NCBI GenBank assembly: GCA_947628235.1
Contig: CANQZC010000006.1
Coordinates: forward strand, 8,727-72,726
Length of the DNA: 64,000 bases
Direction: 5' to 3'
Source: an uncultured Bacilli bacterium
GTDB taxonomy: Bacteria; Bacillota_I; Bacilli_A; RF39; UBA660
Below are positions 1-10,015 of this stretch, piece by piece. The translations under genes were made by a program, and so were the position numbers. Every line of letters begins with the position of its first letter. The stretch's first letter is position 1. The notes beneath the pieces were generated by a model. That model searched no databases and was not told the origin of the DNA. It saw only the letters and a list, made by a program, of their open reading frames with translations.

Positions 1-274
1 CTGGAATGAATTTTGGAAAACAAAGAATAAAGGTTCCAAATCCCACAATGATAAGACCCATAATAAAGTCTCCAAAAGTTGTATACCCTTTTCTTCGTCC
101 AAAAAGATACATCAACATCTTTACAGCACCAGAGAATACTAAGATACCACCTACTAAGTAACCGATAAATTTAAAGATGGCATCTCCCCCATTAAAGCAG
201 AAAATAACACCAATTACTAATGAGAGTAAAGACATTAACAAAGATACAATATTAATAGGTTCTTTTTTATTCAT
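1..274 (-). CDS. partial CDS (N-terminal ~91 aa) of a small hydrophobic membrane protein; continues beyond window start
   Basis: Minus-strand translation MNKKEPINIVSLLMSLLSLVIGVIFCFNGG...; ATG at 272-274 preceded by GAGGA RBS; hydrophobic segments. Confidence 0.45.
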   Translation of the reverse strand, partial: MNKKEPINIVSLLMSLLSLVIGVIFCFNGGDAIFKFIGYLVGGILVFSGAVKMLMYLFGRRKGYTTFGDFIMGLIIVGFGTFILCFPKFIP

Positions 275-343
275 ATTTTCACATCCTCTAAAACATTATA
301 CAATAAAGGTAGGAAAAATGCAAAAAAAAGAGTTAGGAAACTC

Positions 344-2098
344 TTATTTTTTTTGCGCGATTTCTTCTTGAATGAGAGCTAAGAAATCATCTTTAGAAAC
401 CGTTGTCGTATCTTGAGAACCATATTTACGATAACTAATCATTCCTTCATCTACTTCTTTTTGTCCTAAAATCAAAGTATATGGATTTTTCTGCATAACG
501 GATTCTCTCATACGATATCCTACTTTTTCTTCTCTATCATCTAGTTCAACACGAATATTTGCATTCTCTAACCATTCTTTTACTTCTTTAGCATATTCTA
601 AATGATACTCATTATTGACTGGTAAGATATTGACTTGAACAGGACTTAACCATAGAGGGAAAGCCCCTTTCGTCTCTTCAATAATGTAGGCCATAAAACG
701 ATCTAAAGACCCTAAAATAGCACGGTGTAGAACAACAGGTGTCTTCTTAACACCATCACTATCCACATATTTTAAATCAAACTTTGCTGGTAAGCAGAAA
801 TCTAATTGACAAGTAGATAAAGTATATTCGTTACCAACAGCTGGCTTTACATTGACATCTAACTTTGGTCCATAGAAAGCAGCTTCCCCAATCTCTTCCG
901 TATATTCGATTCCTAAATCATTTAATACTTCTCTTAATTCATTTTCTGCTTTATTCCACATCTCATCATCAGGATGATACTTTGCTTTATCTTCTGGGTC
1001 TCTTAAAGAAAGAACACAACGATAATTAGTGATATTAAAATCTTTATAGACATCAAAAATTAAATCAACTACATTCTTAAACTCAGATTTAATCTGTTCT
1101 GGCGTTACAAAAAGATGGGCATCATTTTGACAGAAATGTCTACCTCTTTCAATTCCTTTGATAGCGCCACTAGCTTCATAACGGAAATCATGAGCAATTT
1201 CTCCAATACGAATTGGTAAATCTTTATAAGAATGAAGTTTATTCGCATAAATCATCATATGATGAGGACAGTTCATAGGACGAAGAACAAAAGATTCCCC
1301 ATCTACTTCCATGGCTGGGAACATATTTTCTTTATAGTGATCCCAGTGACCACTTGTCTTATAAAGTTCTACATTTCCAACACAAGGCGTCATAACATGT
1401 AAATATCCTAGTTTCTTTTCTTTTTCTTTAATATAGTTTTCTAATTCTTGCCATACAATATATCCTTTTGGTAAAAACATAGGAAGTCCTCTACCAACTA
1501 AATCATCAGACATGAAGAGTTCTAATTCTTTTCCTAATTTACGGTGATCTCTCATCTTTGCTTCTTCTAATTCTTGTAGATGTGCTTCTAAATCTTCTGC
1601 CGTTTCAAAACAGATTCCATAGATTCTTTGAAGCATCTTGTTATTGGCATCACCCTTCCAATAAGCGCCACTCGCCTTTAACAATTTAAAATGCTTTAGT
1701 TCTTTTACACTCTCTACATGAGGTCCACGACATAAATCCGTAAAATCTCCTTGCGTATAACAACTAATGACAGTATCCTTCTCATCCATACGACTAATTA
1801 AATCTAATTTATAAGGATCTTCGTGGAACTGTTCTAATGCCTCTTCTTTAGAAATTTCATGTCTTACAATTCTCTTTCCATCTTTGGCAATTTTCTTCAT
1901 TTCTTTTTCAATTTTTTCTAAATCTTCATCCGTAATTACCGTATCCCCTAAATCCATATCGTAGTAGAATCCTTCTTCAATGACAGGTCCTACCCAAAAC
2001 ATAGCATTTGGATATAAATGTTTTACGGCTTGCGCTAATAAATGTGCACAACTATGGTTGAGAACACTTAATTTTTCATTTTCTTTTATATTTATCAT
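344..2098 (-). CDS. thrS: threonyl-tRNA synthetase (no N-terminal TGS domain)
   Basis: 584 aa; HSCAHLL editing-domain motif, class II aaRS core, strong overall ThrRS likeness; lies directly downstream of a T-box leader/ytxC-like gene. Confidence 0.93.
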   Translation of the reverse strand: MINIKENEKLSVLNHSCAHLLAQAVKHLYPNAMFWVGPVIEEGFYYDMDLGDTVITDEDLEKIEKEMKKIAKDGKRIVRHEISKEEALEQFHEDPYKLDLISRMDEKDTVISCYTQGDFTDLCRGPHVESVKELKHFKLLKASGAYWKGDANNKMLQRIYGICFETAEDLEAHLQELEEAKMRDHRKLGKELELFMSDDLVGRGLPMFLPKGYIVWQELENYIKEKEKKLGYLHVMTPCVGNVELYKTSGHWDHYKENMFPAMEVDGESFVLRPMNCPHHMMIYANKLHSYKDLPIRIGEIAHDFRYEASGAIKGIERGRHFCQNDAHLFVTPEQIKSEFKNVVDLIFDVYKDFNITNYRCVLSLRDPEDKAKYHPDDEMWNKAENELREVLNDLGIEYTEEIGEAAFYGPKLDVNVKPAVGNEYTLSTCQLDFCLPAKFDLKYVDSDGVKKTPVVLHRAILGSLDRFMAYIIEETKGAFPLWLSPVQVNILPVNNEYHLEYAKEVKEWLENANIRVELDDREEKVGYRMRESVMQKNPYTLILGQKEVDEGMISYRKYGSQDTTTVSKDDFLALIQEEIAQKK

Positions 2099-2099
2099 T

Positions 2100-3065
2100 T
2101 TACTCTCCCTCTTCCTTTTCTTTAATTTTTATACTTTCTTTTAAAGCACGATAAGTTTTCGCATCTTTGGTTCGTTTGACAACTTCTCTTCGTACAACAT
2201 GATAGTAACCCATCTGTCCAGAAGCTTTATAGACATGCATCAAACGAACTAATTCGTAAGTTGGCATCTCGCTAAAAACATAAGCAGTTGGAGGTTCTTG
2301 TTCTATCGTGTCTTCTCTTTCTTCTTCATAAACTTCCTCTTCTGGTAAAAGTCGAAGTAAGTCTTTTTGCATATCGAAAGCTTCTTCATAAAACTTTCTT
2401 TCACCATCAATTGCAAGTCCTAAAAGGCCATCTTCATAAAAGACTCCTATCGTATCTGTCTTTCTAGATATTCCAACAGCTTGTCTTTGTAATGGTGGAA
2501 GCATCATCGTCTCATAAAGATTATCACGGTGATTTAAAACCGTATATTCTAAAAGTTCTCCTGCTTGAGTAAGGACAAGTCCAGTATTTTCTGATGATGC
2601 TTCCATCATCTCACCTAAGCATCCTAATTCTATGAAGCGATTATGAATAGTTACAGGTTCAAATAAATAATCCTCTTTTAGTCTCGTTTCTCCTTCTAGA
2701 AGAAGTAGACCTTCAATATTATTTTCTTGTGCGATGGTGAAAGTATCTACGACTTGATGAATAATTCTTTCCCGCATCGTACATCCAACTAGTTCTTCTA
2801 ACCCATCCATATCCGGCATCCAATAAGGAGCCTCAAAATGTTCAGCATCTTCTACCATAATAATTTTTCCTGTCGATACTAATTCGGGATTCTTTTGAAC
2901 AAATTCAAAACTAGTTCGGCGCAATTGTGGAAAAAAACTAGTAGCTGTCTTATGTGTCATTTTTGAAATGCCTTCATGAGAAATGCCATAATATCTTTCT
3001 AGAAAGGATTGAACATTAATATTTCTAATTTCCCCTAAACTATTCTTTTTCTTCTTCTTGCCCAT
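2100..3065 (-). CDS. YtxC-like protein (call from synteny only: the Bacillus dnaB-dnaI-ytxB-ytxC-thrS operon)
   Basis: 321 aa acidic protein immediately between dnaI and thrS, 1-nt gap to thrS; no motif recognised. Confidence 0.4.
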   Translation of the reverse strand: MGKKKKKNSLGEIRNINVQSFLERYYGISHEGISKMTHKTATSFFPQLRRTSFEFVQKNPELVSTGKIIMVEDAEHFEAPYWMPDMDGLEELVGCTMRERIIHQVVDTFTIAQENNIEGLLLLEGETRLKEDYLFEPVTIHNRFIELGCLGEMMEASSENTGLVLTQAGELLEYTVLNHRDNLYETMMLPPLQRQAVGISRKTDTIGVFYEDGLLGLAIDGERKFYEEAFDMQKDLLRLLPEEEVYEEEREDTIEQEPPTAYVFSEMPTYELVRLMHVYKASGQMGYYHVVRREVVKRTKDAKTYRALKESIKIKEKEEGE

Positions 3066-3083
3066 TCTTAGCCTTCTTTCTTT

Positions 3084-3298
3084 TAGATAACAAAAAAACT
3101 CCTTATAGTCTTCTATAAGGAGCGTATAAACGCGGTACCATCCTACCTTTTCACTTTCTTGGATAACGGATCTCTCCGGATAATTCTTTCGATATCAGCT
3201 CCTAGGTAGTAATCATAAAATTTCTTGATTAGGCTCTCACCAATTCCTAACTCGCTTCCAAGTCTCTTTTATCATCGTGTCCTATTCTTCGCTTTCAA
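3084..3298 (-). promoter_or_regulatory. T-box riboswitch leader (tRNA-Thr sensing expected) with intrinsic terminator 3084-3115, preceded by a sigma-A-like promoter (GTGACT...TGcTACAAT at about 3306-3334)
   Basis: Minus-strand RNA contains AGGATGGTACCGCG (T-box consensus GGGTGGNACCGCG) at 3124-3137, then hairpin CTCCTTATAGAAGACTATAAGGAG + U7; AGAGACU region may hold an ACU Thr specifier. Confidence 0.7.
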
Positions 3299-3343
3299 CA
3301 CTTCTATTGTAGCACATTCTTTTTCATAAGTCACTAATTTTTC

Positions 3344-4246
3344 TTATTTTCTTAAGTTTTTACTAATCATTTCTAATGGCATCGCTAATTGCTCAATCCG
3401 CGAAATAATTCTTCCCGCTTTAATTTCTTCTACTCCTGATTTTGAATTAGAAAGATGTTGTTCTAGATTCTCCAACGATAGATTGGAAGTAAAGAAAGTT
3501 GTTAATCCCTCTTCCATACGATATTGTAAAAGAGGACATAAAATTTCATCCCGATTCCAAGCAGTAACATTTTCTGCTCCAATATCATCGATTAAAAGAA
3601 TCGGTACTTTTTTGACATACTCAAATTTTTCTTTAAAGTCATCATAGAATGCCTGTCTTAAAAATTCTGGCCAAAAAACCATCGCACTTACATGATTCTG
3701 TTTTGCTAATTCGTTTAATAAAGCAGCTAGTAAATAAGATTTTCCACAGCCAAAATTACCATAGAGGTAAAGTCCTTTCGAAGAGGGATTCTCTTCATAT
3801 TTCTTTAAGAAATCCCCTATCCAAAGAATTGCCTCATAACGACTTTTATCTGTTTTATAAATCGAATCCATAGAAGCTTCTTTTAATATGGTTGGAACTT
3901 CAAAGAAGCGGATATTCTTTTGATACTTTGTCTTTTTCTCTAGTTTGATTTGATAACTACAAGGTTTATATTCAAAGTCTAATTGTTTATTGCGAACGAC
4001 TGGAAAATAGACATGACCACGAACGCGATTTGGACAGTCTAGTAGATTTTTACACTCTAAACAATGACTATATTCTTCCTTTGCATCTTCTAGAAAGGAA
4101 GTGTATTTTTGCAGTTCTTCTTTTGGTAATTTAGTCTTTTTCACAATGTCTTGAAAGACTGGATTCTGCATAGACTTTTCAAATTCTACTCCCAAATCTA
4201 TCTTTTCAAAGTGAGTATTTTCTAATTTTTTCTTTAATGCTTCCAT
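3344..4246 (-). CDS. dnaI: primosomal protein DnaI (helicase loader, AAA+)
   Basis: 300 aa; N-terminal Cys-rich zinc module (CLECKNLLDCPN), Walker A GNFGCGKSYL, LLIDDIG Walker B; next to dnaB. Confidence 0.85.
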   Translation of the reverse strand: MEALKKKLENTHFEKIDLGVEFEKSMQNPVFQDIVKKTKLPKEELQKYTSFLEDAKEEYSHCLECKNLLDCPNRVRGHVYFPVVRNKQLDFEYKPCSYQIKLEKKTKYQKNIRFFEVPTILKEASMDSIYKTDKSRYEAILWIGDFLKKYEENPSSKGLYLYGNFGCGKSYLLAALLNELAKQNHVSAMVFWPEFLRQAFYDDFKEKFEYVKKVPILLIDDIGAENVTAWNRDEILCPLLQYRMEEGLTTFFTSNLSLENLEQHLSNSKSGVEEIKAGRIISRIEQLAMPLEMISKNLRK

Positions 4247-4248
4247 GT

Positions 4249-5520
4249 TTATCCCCTCAACTTCTCTTCTAGGGCATGAATCTCTTCTTCACTCGCTAAA
4301 TCTTCAGCAATTTCTTGATGATACCAAGATGGTTTCTTCTCTTCTTTCTTTCCCTTTTTCGAAGTTGCTTCCTTTCTTTTATGATATTCTTTTTCCGCAA
4401 TCTCCATTGCATCTTCTACTGTTTCTATATTGCTTTTCTTCCATTGGGAAGCAATGACATCCACATACCCTTTCGTAAGAGTATTATTATTCGTTCTTAA
4501 AACATAATCTACTAAAACATTGACAACGCCTGGTTTTAAATCTAAATCAATGAGTAGATAAGAAAGTAATTTTAAATCACTATTCGATGGCGTTCCTGTT
4601 TTATATTTACTAGCAATAAAATCATAAGGACTAGTCGTCTCAAAAAGATGAATCATCTGTAATCTTTTCGAAACTCCCGTTTTCGTAGTACGCAAATACT
4701 CTGGTTGATTTTTATAAATTAAACTTGGTAGTTTTCCTAAATTTTCAAATTGATAACATTTACTTGCTAAATCCCGTAATTTCGTTTTATCAATCGTATG
4801 TTTATCCGTGATAGAATTACGAATCAATTCTACCATCGCTTCATTATCATAATTATAGATAAAAGAAATCTTCATAAGGAAGGAACGAACCTCTTTCGTT
4901 ACACTTCGAGGATTTAAAAGTTCTTCCGGAAGAAGAGATAAAACGGTATTGACATCAATTTTAGAGACAATCTCTAATGGTCTAGTCGTCTTATTCTTTA
5001 AGTTATAAATTTCTATATTTCTTAAGGAATCTGTTGTCCAAGAAAAGATGTCGCTAAATTTTGCTGTAATATCTTCATAACTTTTTAAATTGATAGAAGG
5101 AATCTTAAAGAACTCTACTCGTCTTTCATATTCTTGTACTCCTAAAGCATTGTAAAGTGCTGTACTTAAAATTGGATTATTTAAAAATTCTTTCGCACTT
5201 AAAGGAGAATAAAGTTCATAGATATAACTATTCACACTTCCCTTTTTAACATATGTTTTTAATAATCCCATTCCTTCTAGTTTTTTTCTCGCATCCATCA
5301 TCTCATTGACACTAATCATCATACTATTTAAAAGAACATTATGAGTATATTCCGTCGAAATAAGTTCTAACTGATCTAAATAAGTCCATAGAGTATTATA
5401 TAGATTAATAGCAAGTCCCCCAATTAAAGGTTCATAAAGACTTACTAATATTTTTCTATCATCTTGTAATACTGTTTTATTGACAACAATAAAAACATCA
5501 GCAGGAAGTAGTTGATCCAT
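4249..5520 (-). CDS. dnaB: replication initiation/membrane attachment protein DnaB (Bacillus-type DnaB/DnaD family, not the helicase)
   Basis: 423 aa; position upstream of dnaI with 2-nt spacing; DnaB_2/DnaD-like features, lysine-rich C-terminus. Confidence 0.7.
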   Translation of the reverse strand: MDQLLPADVFIVVNKTVLQDDRKILVSLYEPLIGGLAINLYNTLWTYLDQLELISTEYTHNVLLNSMMISVNEMMDARKKLEGMGLLKTYVKKGSVNSYIYELYSPLSAKEFLNNPILSTALYNALGVQEYERRVEFFKIPSINLKSYEDITAKFSDIFSWTTDSLRNIEIYNLKNKTTRPLEIVSKIDVNTVLSLLPEELLNPRSVTKEVRSFLMKISFIYNYDNEAMVELIRNSITDKHTIDKTKLRDLASKCYQFENLGKLPSLIYKNQPEYLRTTKTGVSKRLQMIHLFETTSPYDFIASKYKTGTPSNSDLKLLSYLLIDLDLKPGVVNVLVDYVLRTNNNTLTKGYVDVIASQWKKSNIETVEDAMEIAEKEYHKRKEATSKKGKKEEKKPSWYHQEIAEDLASEEEIHALEEKLRG

Positions 5521-5590
5521 AAATACTCACCTCATATTCATTATATCATGCTTTTTTAAAATCATACCAAGAAAAAACAAAGTATTCTCG

Positions 5591-7117
5591 TTATTTTCTG
5601 GGAACACTTTGTTTTTGAGGAAGTTGAGAAGATGGGATCTTCGTTCGAAGGAAAGAAACTTCCTTTTCTAAACTTTCTATGGTTAATTGTTGATATTGTC
5701 TTTGAAGTTGGACGATTTTCTGATTTAGCATATCTACCGTAATTCCTTTCGAAGCATGATGAGATAAAACTCTTTGATATTCTTGAAAAGAAATACGGAA
5801 TCCACAGAGACGACAAAGTTCTTCTTTATGGTACGCTAACTCATTTTCTATTTCTCTTCTCTGTGTAAGAATGTAATCTCTTCTATTTTGCCTTCTTTCA
5901 ATTGCTCGACCCATACGCGATACTTGTTGATTTAAAAATTGAATTTTTCTTTTGAAAAAGAATTGCATCAATACACTTTTTCGTTGTAATTTTCTTCTTT
6001 CTTGTTGAGCATTTCGCCGTTGAGCGTAAAGGTCTTCTAACTGAACCTCTAAATTTCCTTCTTCTTGCCAAATATCACGAAGAGTAGACCGATCAAAATA
6101 ATCATTCGCCGCTAAAGCACGAAACTCTTGCTCATGAAGAAGAATCTCACGATTTTGAACAAGAACAGTAATGGCTTCTTGATAATAACGCGCTAAATGC
6201 TTCTCTTTTTGTAACTTCTGTTCTACTTTTTTCAAAGCAAAAGTTATAACATATTGATAAAAACCATCATAAGAACGCTCTATGGAAGAATCCAATACCA
6301 TAGGAAGCATATCATAAGTAAGGCGGAAATAACGATAGAATGTTTGATTATCTGGAAATAGTTGCGATACATCTTTGATAGAACTAACATTTCGAATGGA
6401 AAAAATGACTTTCTTTAAATCTTCTTTACTAGAAACATGGGCAAACCCGCTTTGAATTTTTTCTACCCATTCTCTCACCATCGTCTCTCTTTGTTCTGCT
6501 AAAGCAGCATTAGAAATACATTTACAAAAATAAAGATAATCGTGATTAGAGGAGAAAGTGGATGGTATCTTTTCATAGAGAGTGAGAAATTGTTGATAAA
6601 CACTTTCTACTTTTGGGAAGTGAGTTTTTACTTTTTCTTCTCCAGAAAGAATTTGTTGAAAAAGACTTCTTAGTTTTTCTTTACTATCTACTTGATGAAA
6701 AGAAGCTTCTATTTCCTTTATTTTTTCTTCGATGATTTCTTCTTTTTTTTGCGTAATTCCCATATTTAAAAGGCACTTGCAAAAATAAGTATAATCATGA
6801 CCAGAAGAGAAAGTTTTGGGAATTTGCTCATAAAAAGCAAGAAATCTTTGATAGATACTTTCTACTTTCGGAAAGTGGGATTTTATATTTTCTTCTTCGG
6901 CAACTACTTTTTGAAGGATAGTTTTTAATTTTTCTTTGCTATCTGCTTGACGAAATTGGGATTGTATTTCTTGAATCTTCTCATCTAAAGAGATTTCTTC
7001 TTGAAAAAGAGTACTGATCAAATGAGATGTAATTATATCATCCCCTGCTTTTTCAGTCACAGATTGCAATCCTTCTAAGGATTGTGAGGTTGCACTGTTC
7101 TCTTCTATTGTCTCCAT
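5591..7117 (-). CDS. hypothetical protein with three tandem ~70-aa internal repeats and a basic coiled-coil-like C-terminal half
   Basis: Repeats share SKEKL...HFPKVES[IV]YQ.FL..YE.IP.TFSS.HDY.YFCKC; C-terminal region rich in R/Q/E heptad-like segments. Confidence 0.55.
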   Translation of the reverse strand: METIEENSATSQSLEGLQSVTEKAGDDIITSHLISTLFQEEISLDEKIQEIQSQFRQADSKEKLKTILQKVVAEEENIKSHFPKVESIYQRFLAFYEQIPKTFSSGHDYTYFCKCLLNMGITQKKEEIIEEKIKEIEASFHQVDSKEKLRSLFQQILSGEEKVKTHFPKVESVYQQFLTLYEKIPSTFSSNHDYLYFCKCISNAALAEQRETMVREWVEKIQSGFAHVSSKEDLKKVIFSIRNVSSIKDVSQLFPDNQTFYRYFRLTYDMLPMVLDSSIERSYDGFYQYVITFALKKVEQKLQKEKHLARYYQEAITVLVQNREILLHEQEFRALAANDYFDRSTLRDIWQEEGNLEVQLEDLYAQRRNAQQERRKLQRKSVLMQFFFKRKIQFLNQQVSRMGRAIERRQNRRDYILTQRREIENELAYHKEELCRLCGFRISFQEYQRVLSHHASKGITVDMLNQKIVQLQRQYQQLTIESLEKEVSFLRTKIPSSQLPQKQSVPRK

Positions 7118-7208
7118 TTTCCACCTCCCGTATCTTTCTATTTATAGTATATCATAAAAGCAAAGAAAAAGGTTAAAGTATCAAAAACTTTAACCTTTTC
7201 TATTTTTT

Positions 7209-7415
7209 CTACATAAGAATACAAACAACAAAGAACGCAACTCCTAAAACAAATGTTAAACGAGTAAGGAATAATTCTCCTCCACGTTCCTTACGATTAC
7301 TAAATAGGTCACTATTACTTGCACTCATAATATTTGCCGTACTTTCTGCTTTTCCACTTTGCAATAATACGATGGCAATTAAGAGAACAGATACAATTAC
7401 TAATAATACTTTCAC
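7209..7415 (-). CDS. secG: preprotein translocase subunit SecG
   Basis: 68 aa, two TM helices, LLQSGK...GGE.FLTR signature. Confidence 0.8.
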   Translation of the reverse strand: MKVLLVIVSVLLIAIVLLQSGKAESTANIMSASNSDLFSNRKERGGELFLTRLTFVLGVAFFVVCILM

Positions 7416-7465
7416 CTAGTTACCTCCTTTGACAACTAATAATTTATCATACTTTCCTAAATAAA

Positions 7466-8746
7466 TCAACACTTTTCGATAGACTCTTTTTGGACAATCG
7501 TAGTCGTATGGTTTTCAAAACAAAGACTATCGATCGCTTTTTGACATTCCTTCATGGTAAGAGAATCAATCCAAGCATATTCATCATATAAAACTTTTCC
7601 AAAACGAAGAATTTGACTATTCGTATGTTCACAGACAGAATAAACACTATCGCTTTGATATACACAACTACTCTTCATCGTTTTCTTTTTGCGTAGGAAT
7701 TCTTCTTCGGTGATTTCTTTCTTTTGAACTTCTTCTTGAATCTTAGAAAGGACATATTCTGGCTTTTTAGAATCGACACTAGCCATCACTACCATATGTT
7801 CTCCTGCTTCCATGACATCTATCCCAATTCCGCCAGTAATGACATTCTCATTTTTTAACTGCTCACGCAATAAAGAGGTGGAACCTAGTCGTAAATCAAA
7901 AAAGATATTTAAATAGGTTTTAAAGCAATTTTTATCCATCTTAGGAATTCTGAATTTATAAGTAATTGCTGCTTTAGGAATTTCTACATCCGCGGTTACA
8001 ATTTCTTCTTTTTTCCATACAGAATCTTCTTCTTTTTCTTTCTTCACGGAAATAGTATCTCTTTTTTGATACTTTTTCTTTGCCTGATTTTGAACAACCG
8101 TCTTTATAACTTTTTTTACATTGACATCCCCTACAATCGTTAAAAACATATTAGAGGGATGATAAAAAGTATCATAACAAGTATAGAGATCTTCTTTCGT
8201 AATTTGACGAATACTTTCAACAGTTCCAGCAATAGGATAGCGAAGAGGATGTTTATGGAAAGTATTAAAAAGTGCTTTTTCATATAATTTCCAATATGGA
8301 ATATCCGCATACATCTTTATTTCTTGTTCAATAATTCCCTTTTCCTTCTCCACATTTTCTTCCGTAAAGTAAGGATTTTGAACAAAATCTAATAAATATT
8401 CGACATTTTCTTCAACATGTCCTGGTCCAGAAAATAAGTAACTCGTTCGAACATAGGAAGTTCCCGCATTCGCATCTGCTCCATTTTTAGTATAGAAAGC
8501 GAATGGATCTTCGCCATCTTTTTGTTCAAAAACTTTATGTTCCAAAAAATGGGCAACTCCCATAGGAGCTTGATAATACTTTTTCTTTCCATACGGAATA
8601 AATTCATTATCAAAACTACCATATTTGGTTACAAAAGTAACATAGACATTATTTCCTTTTTTTGGAATCACATTGACAAGAAGTCCATTGTCTAGAACTT
8701 CTTGATAGATATCTAAATCAAAGTGTTTGAGGTGGTTCTTCTCCAT
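7466..8746 (-). CDS. M16 family zinc peptidase (active subunit)
   Basis: 426 aa; inverted zincin motif HFLEH at N-terminus; paired with upstream M16-like gene (29-nt overlap). Confidence 0.8.
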   Translation of the reverse strand: MEKNHLKHFDLDIYQEVLDNGLLVNVIPKKGNNVYVTFVTKYGSFDNEFIPYGKKKYYQAPMGVAHFLEHKVFEQKDGEDPFAFYTKNGADANAGTSYVRTSYLFSGPGHVEENVEYLLDFVQNPYFTEENVEKEKGIIEQEIKMYADIPYWKLYEKALFNTFHKHPLRYPIAGTVESIRQITKEDLYTCYDTFYHPSNMFLTIVGDVNVKKVIKTVVQNQAKKKYQKRDTISVKKEKEEDSVWKKEEIVTADVEIPKAAITYKFRIPKMDKNCFKTYLNIFFDLRLGSTSLLREQLKNENVITGGIGIDVMEAGEHMVVMASVDSKKPEYVLSKIQEEVQKKEITEEEFLRKKKTMKSSCVYQSDSVYSVCEHTNSQILRFGKVLYDEYAWIDSLTMKECQKAIDSLCFENHTTTIVQKESIEKC

Positions 8747-10007
8747 ATTCTTCCTTCCCTTCTAAGAAAAAGATGGTATCTAGTTCTATTTTTTGCGCTA
8801 ATTTCTGAATGCTCTTACGGTCTACTTGAGAAATTTTTCTCTTTCTTACTTCCATCGTGTCAGCACCTAAGTAGACGATTCCAGCATAAAGAGAAATCAT
8901 ACTTTCAGGACTATCTTCAAAAGATTTTAAACTATTTTTATAAGTAGTAATTCCATTTTTGATATCCTCATCTAAAAATTTACCGTTTTTAATATCCTCT
9001 AATTGCTCTAAAATCAAAGCACAGGCACGGTCATACTCCCAAGCATTAATTCCTGAACGAATCGTTAAAATGCTAACTAATGGTTGCGAAGAAGAAGAAA
9101 TGCTGTAGCATAACGAATTCTTTTCACGGACATTTTGGAAGAGTTTAGAACTAGGGCTTCCTCCTAAAATATAATTTAAGACATTAAGGACATAGCGTAA
9201 TTCAAAATCTGTTGCTTCTTTAATACGATATCCTAAAAGCAACTTACTCTGTTGTAAATCCGCATTTTCTTTTTGAAAAGTTACTTTCTCTTTTTCTACC
9301 GTAGAATGATAAAAATGAGTTCCTCTATCAGGAGTTCTATCTTCAAAAGGAAAATAAGTTTCCAAGATAGTACTTACTTTCTTCGCATCTACATCTCCAA
9401 TCACAAAGATATCTACGGTATCTTCTTTTAAAACTTGTTGATAATATTCGTAGAGTTTCTTTCTTGTTATCTTCTTTAAATCTTCTGGGTATCCACATCC
9501 TCGATAAGAAAGAACGGTATTTTCTTCCATCTCTTCTAAAAGTCTCATGTTCGCATAAGAGTCTGGATTCTCTTTAATAGAAGATAAGTAATCTTCTAGG
9601 CTATGATAAGCAATATCGTAACCTTCTTTTAAAAATCCTCCCTTATCTACATTAGGATGAAATAAAATTTCACTTAAAAATTCAAAAGATTTTTCTAACA
9701 TTCCCTCTTCTGTATATTTAGGATCTAGAAAAATGATATCTAATCCCATAATACTATAATTTCCAGAAGCATAATTAGATCCTCGGTATCCTAATTCATA
9801 AAGATCTTCGGTAGCAATTTCCATACATCTTTTGGTAGGATATTTTGAAGTAGATTCAAAAAGAACATTGACAAGCATATTTCGCATTGCAATCTCTTCT
9901 TTGATTAACTTTCTTTTAAAATTTACTTTAACAAAAATGGTTTTATATTGTTTTGTCTCAATAACATGAAGATGATAATTAGATTTCTCTATTTTTTCAT
10001 AGTTCAT
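8718..10007 (-). CDS. M16 family peptidase-like protein lacking the HxxEH motif (probable non-catalytic partner)
   Basis: 429 aa, M16-like organisation without zinc-binding motif; translationally coupled to downstream M16 gene. Confidence 0.65.
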   Translation of the reverse strand: MNYEKIEKSNYHLHVIETKQYKTIFVKVNFKRKLIKEEIAMRNMLVNVLFESTSKYPTKRCMEIATEDLYELGYRGSNYASGNYSIMGLDIIFLDPKYTEEGMLEKSFEFLSEILFHPNVDKGGFLKEGYDIAYHSLEDYLSSIKENPDSYANMRLLEEMEENTVLSYRGCGYPEDLKKITRKKLYEYYQQVLKEDTVDIFVIGDVDAKKVSTILETYFPFEDRTPDRGTHFYHSTVEKEKVTFQKENADLQQSKLLLGYRIKEATDFELRYVLNVLNYILGGSPSSKLFQNVREKNSLCYSISSSSQPLVSILTIRSGINAWEYDRACALILEQLEDIKNGKFLDEDIKNGITTYKNSLKSFEDSPESMISLYAGIVYLGADTMEVRKRKISQVDRKSIQKLAQKIELDTIFFLEGKEEYGEEPPQTL

Positions 10008-10015
10008 GTAATCAC

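Noticed and set aside
177-371. 64-aa plus-strand ORF at window start
   Set aside because: Overlaps a better-supported minus-strand membrane-protein CDS (1..274) and the thrS 3' end; no RBS.
344-2098. thrS as a truncated pseudogene
   Set aside because: ORF is intact through the catalytic and anticodon-binding domains; TGS-less ThrRS forms are plausible and there is no upstream frame remnant.
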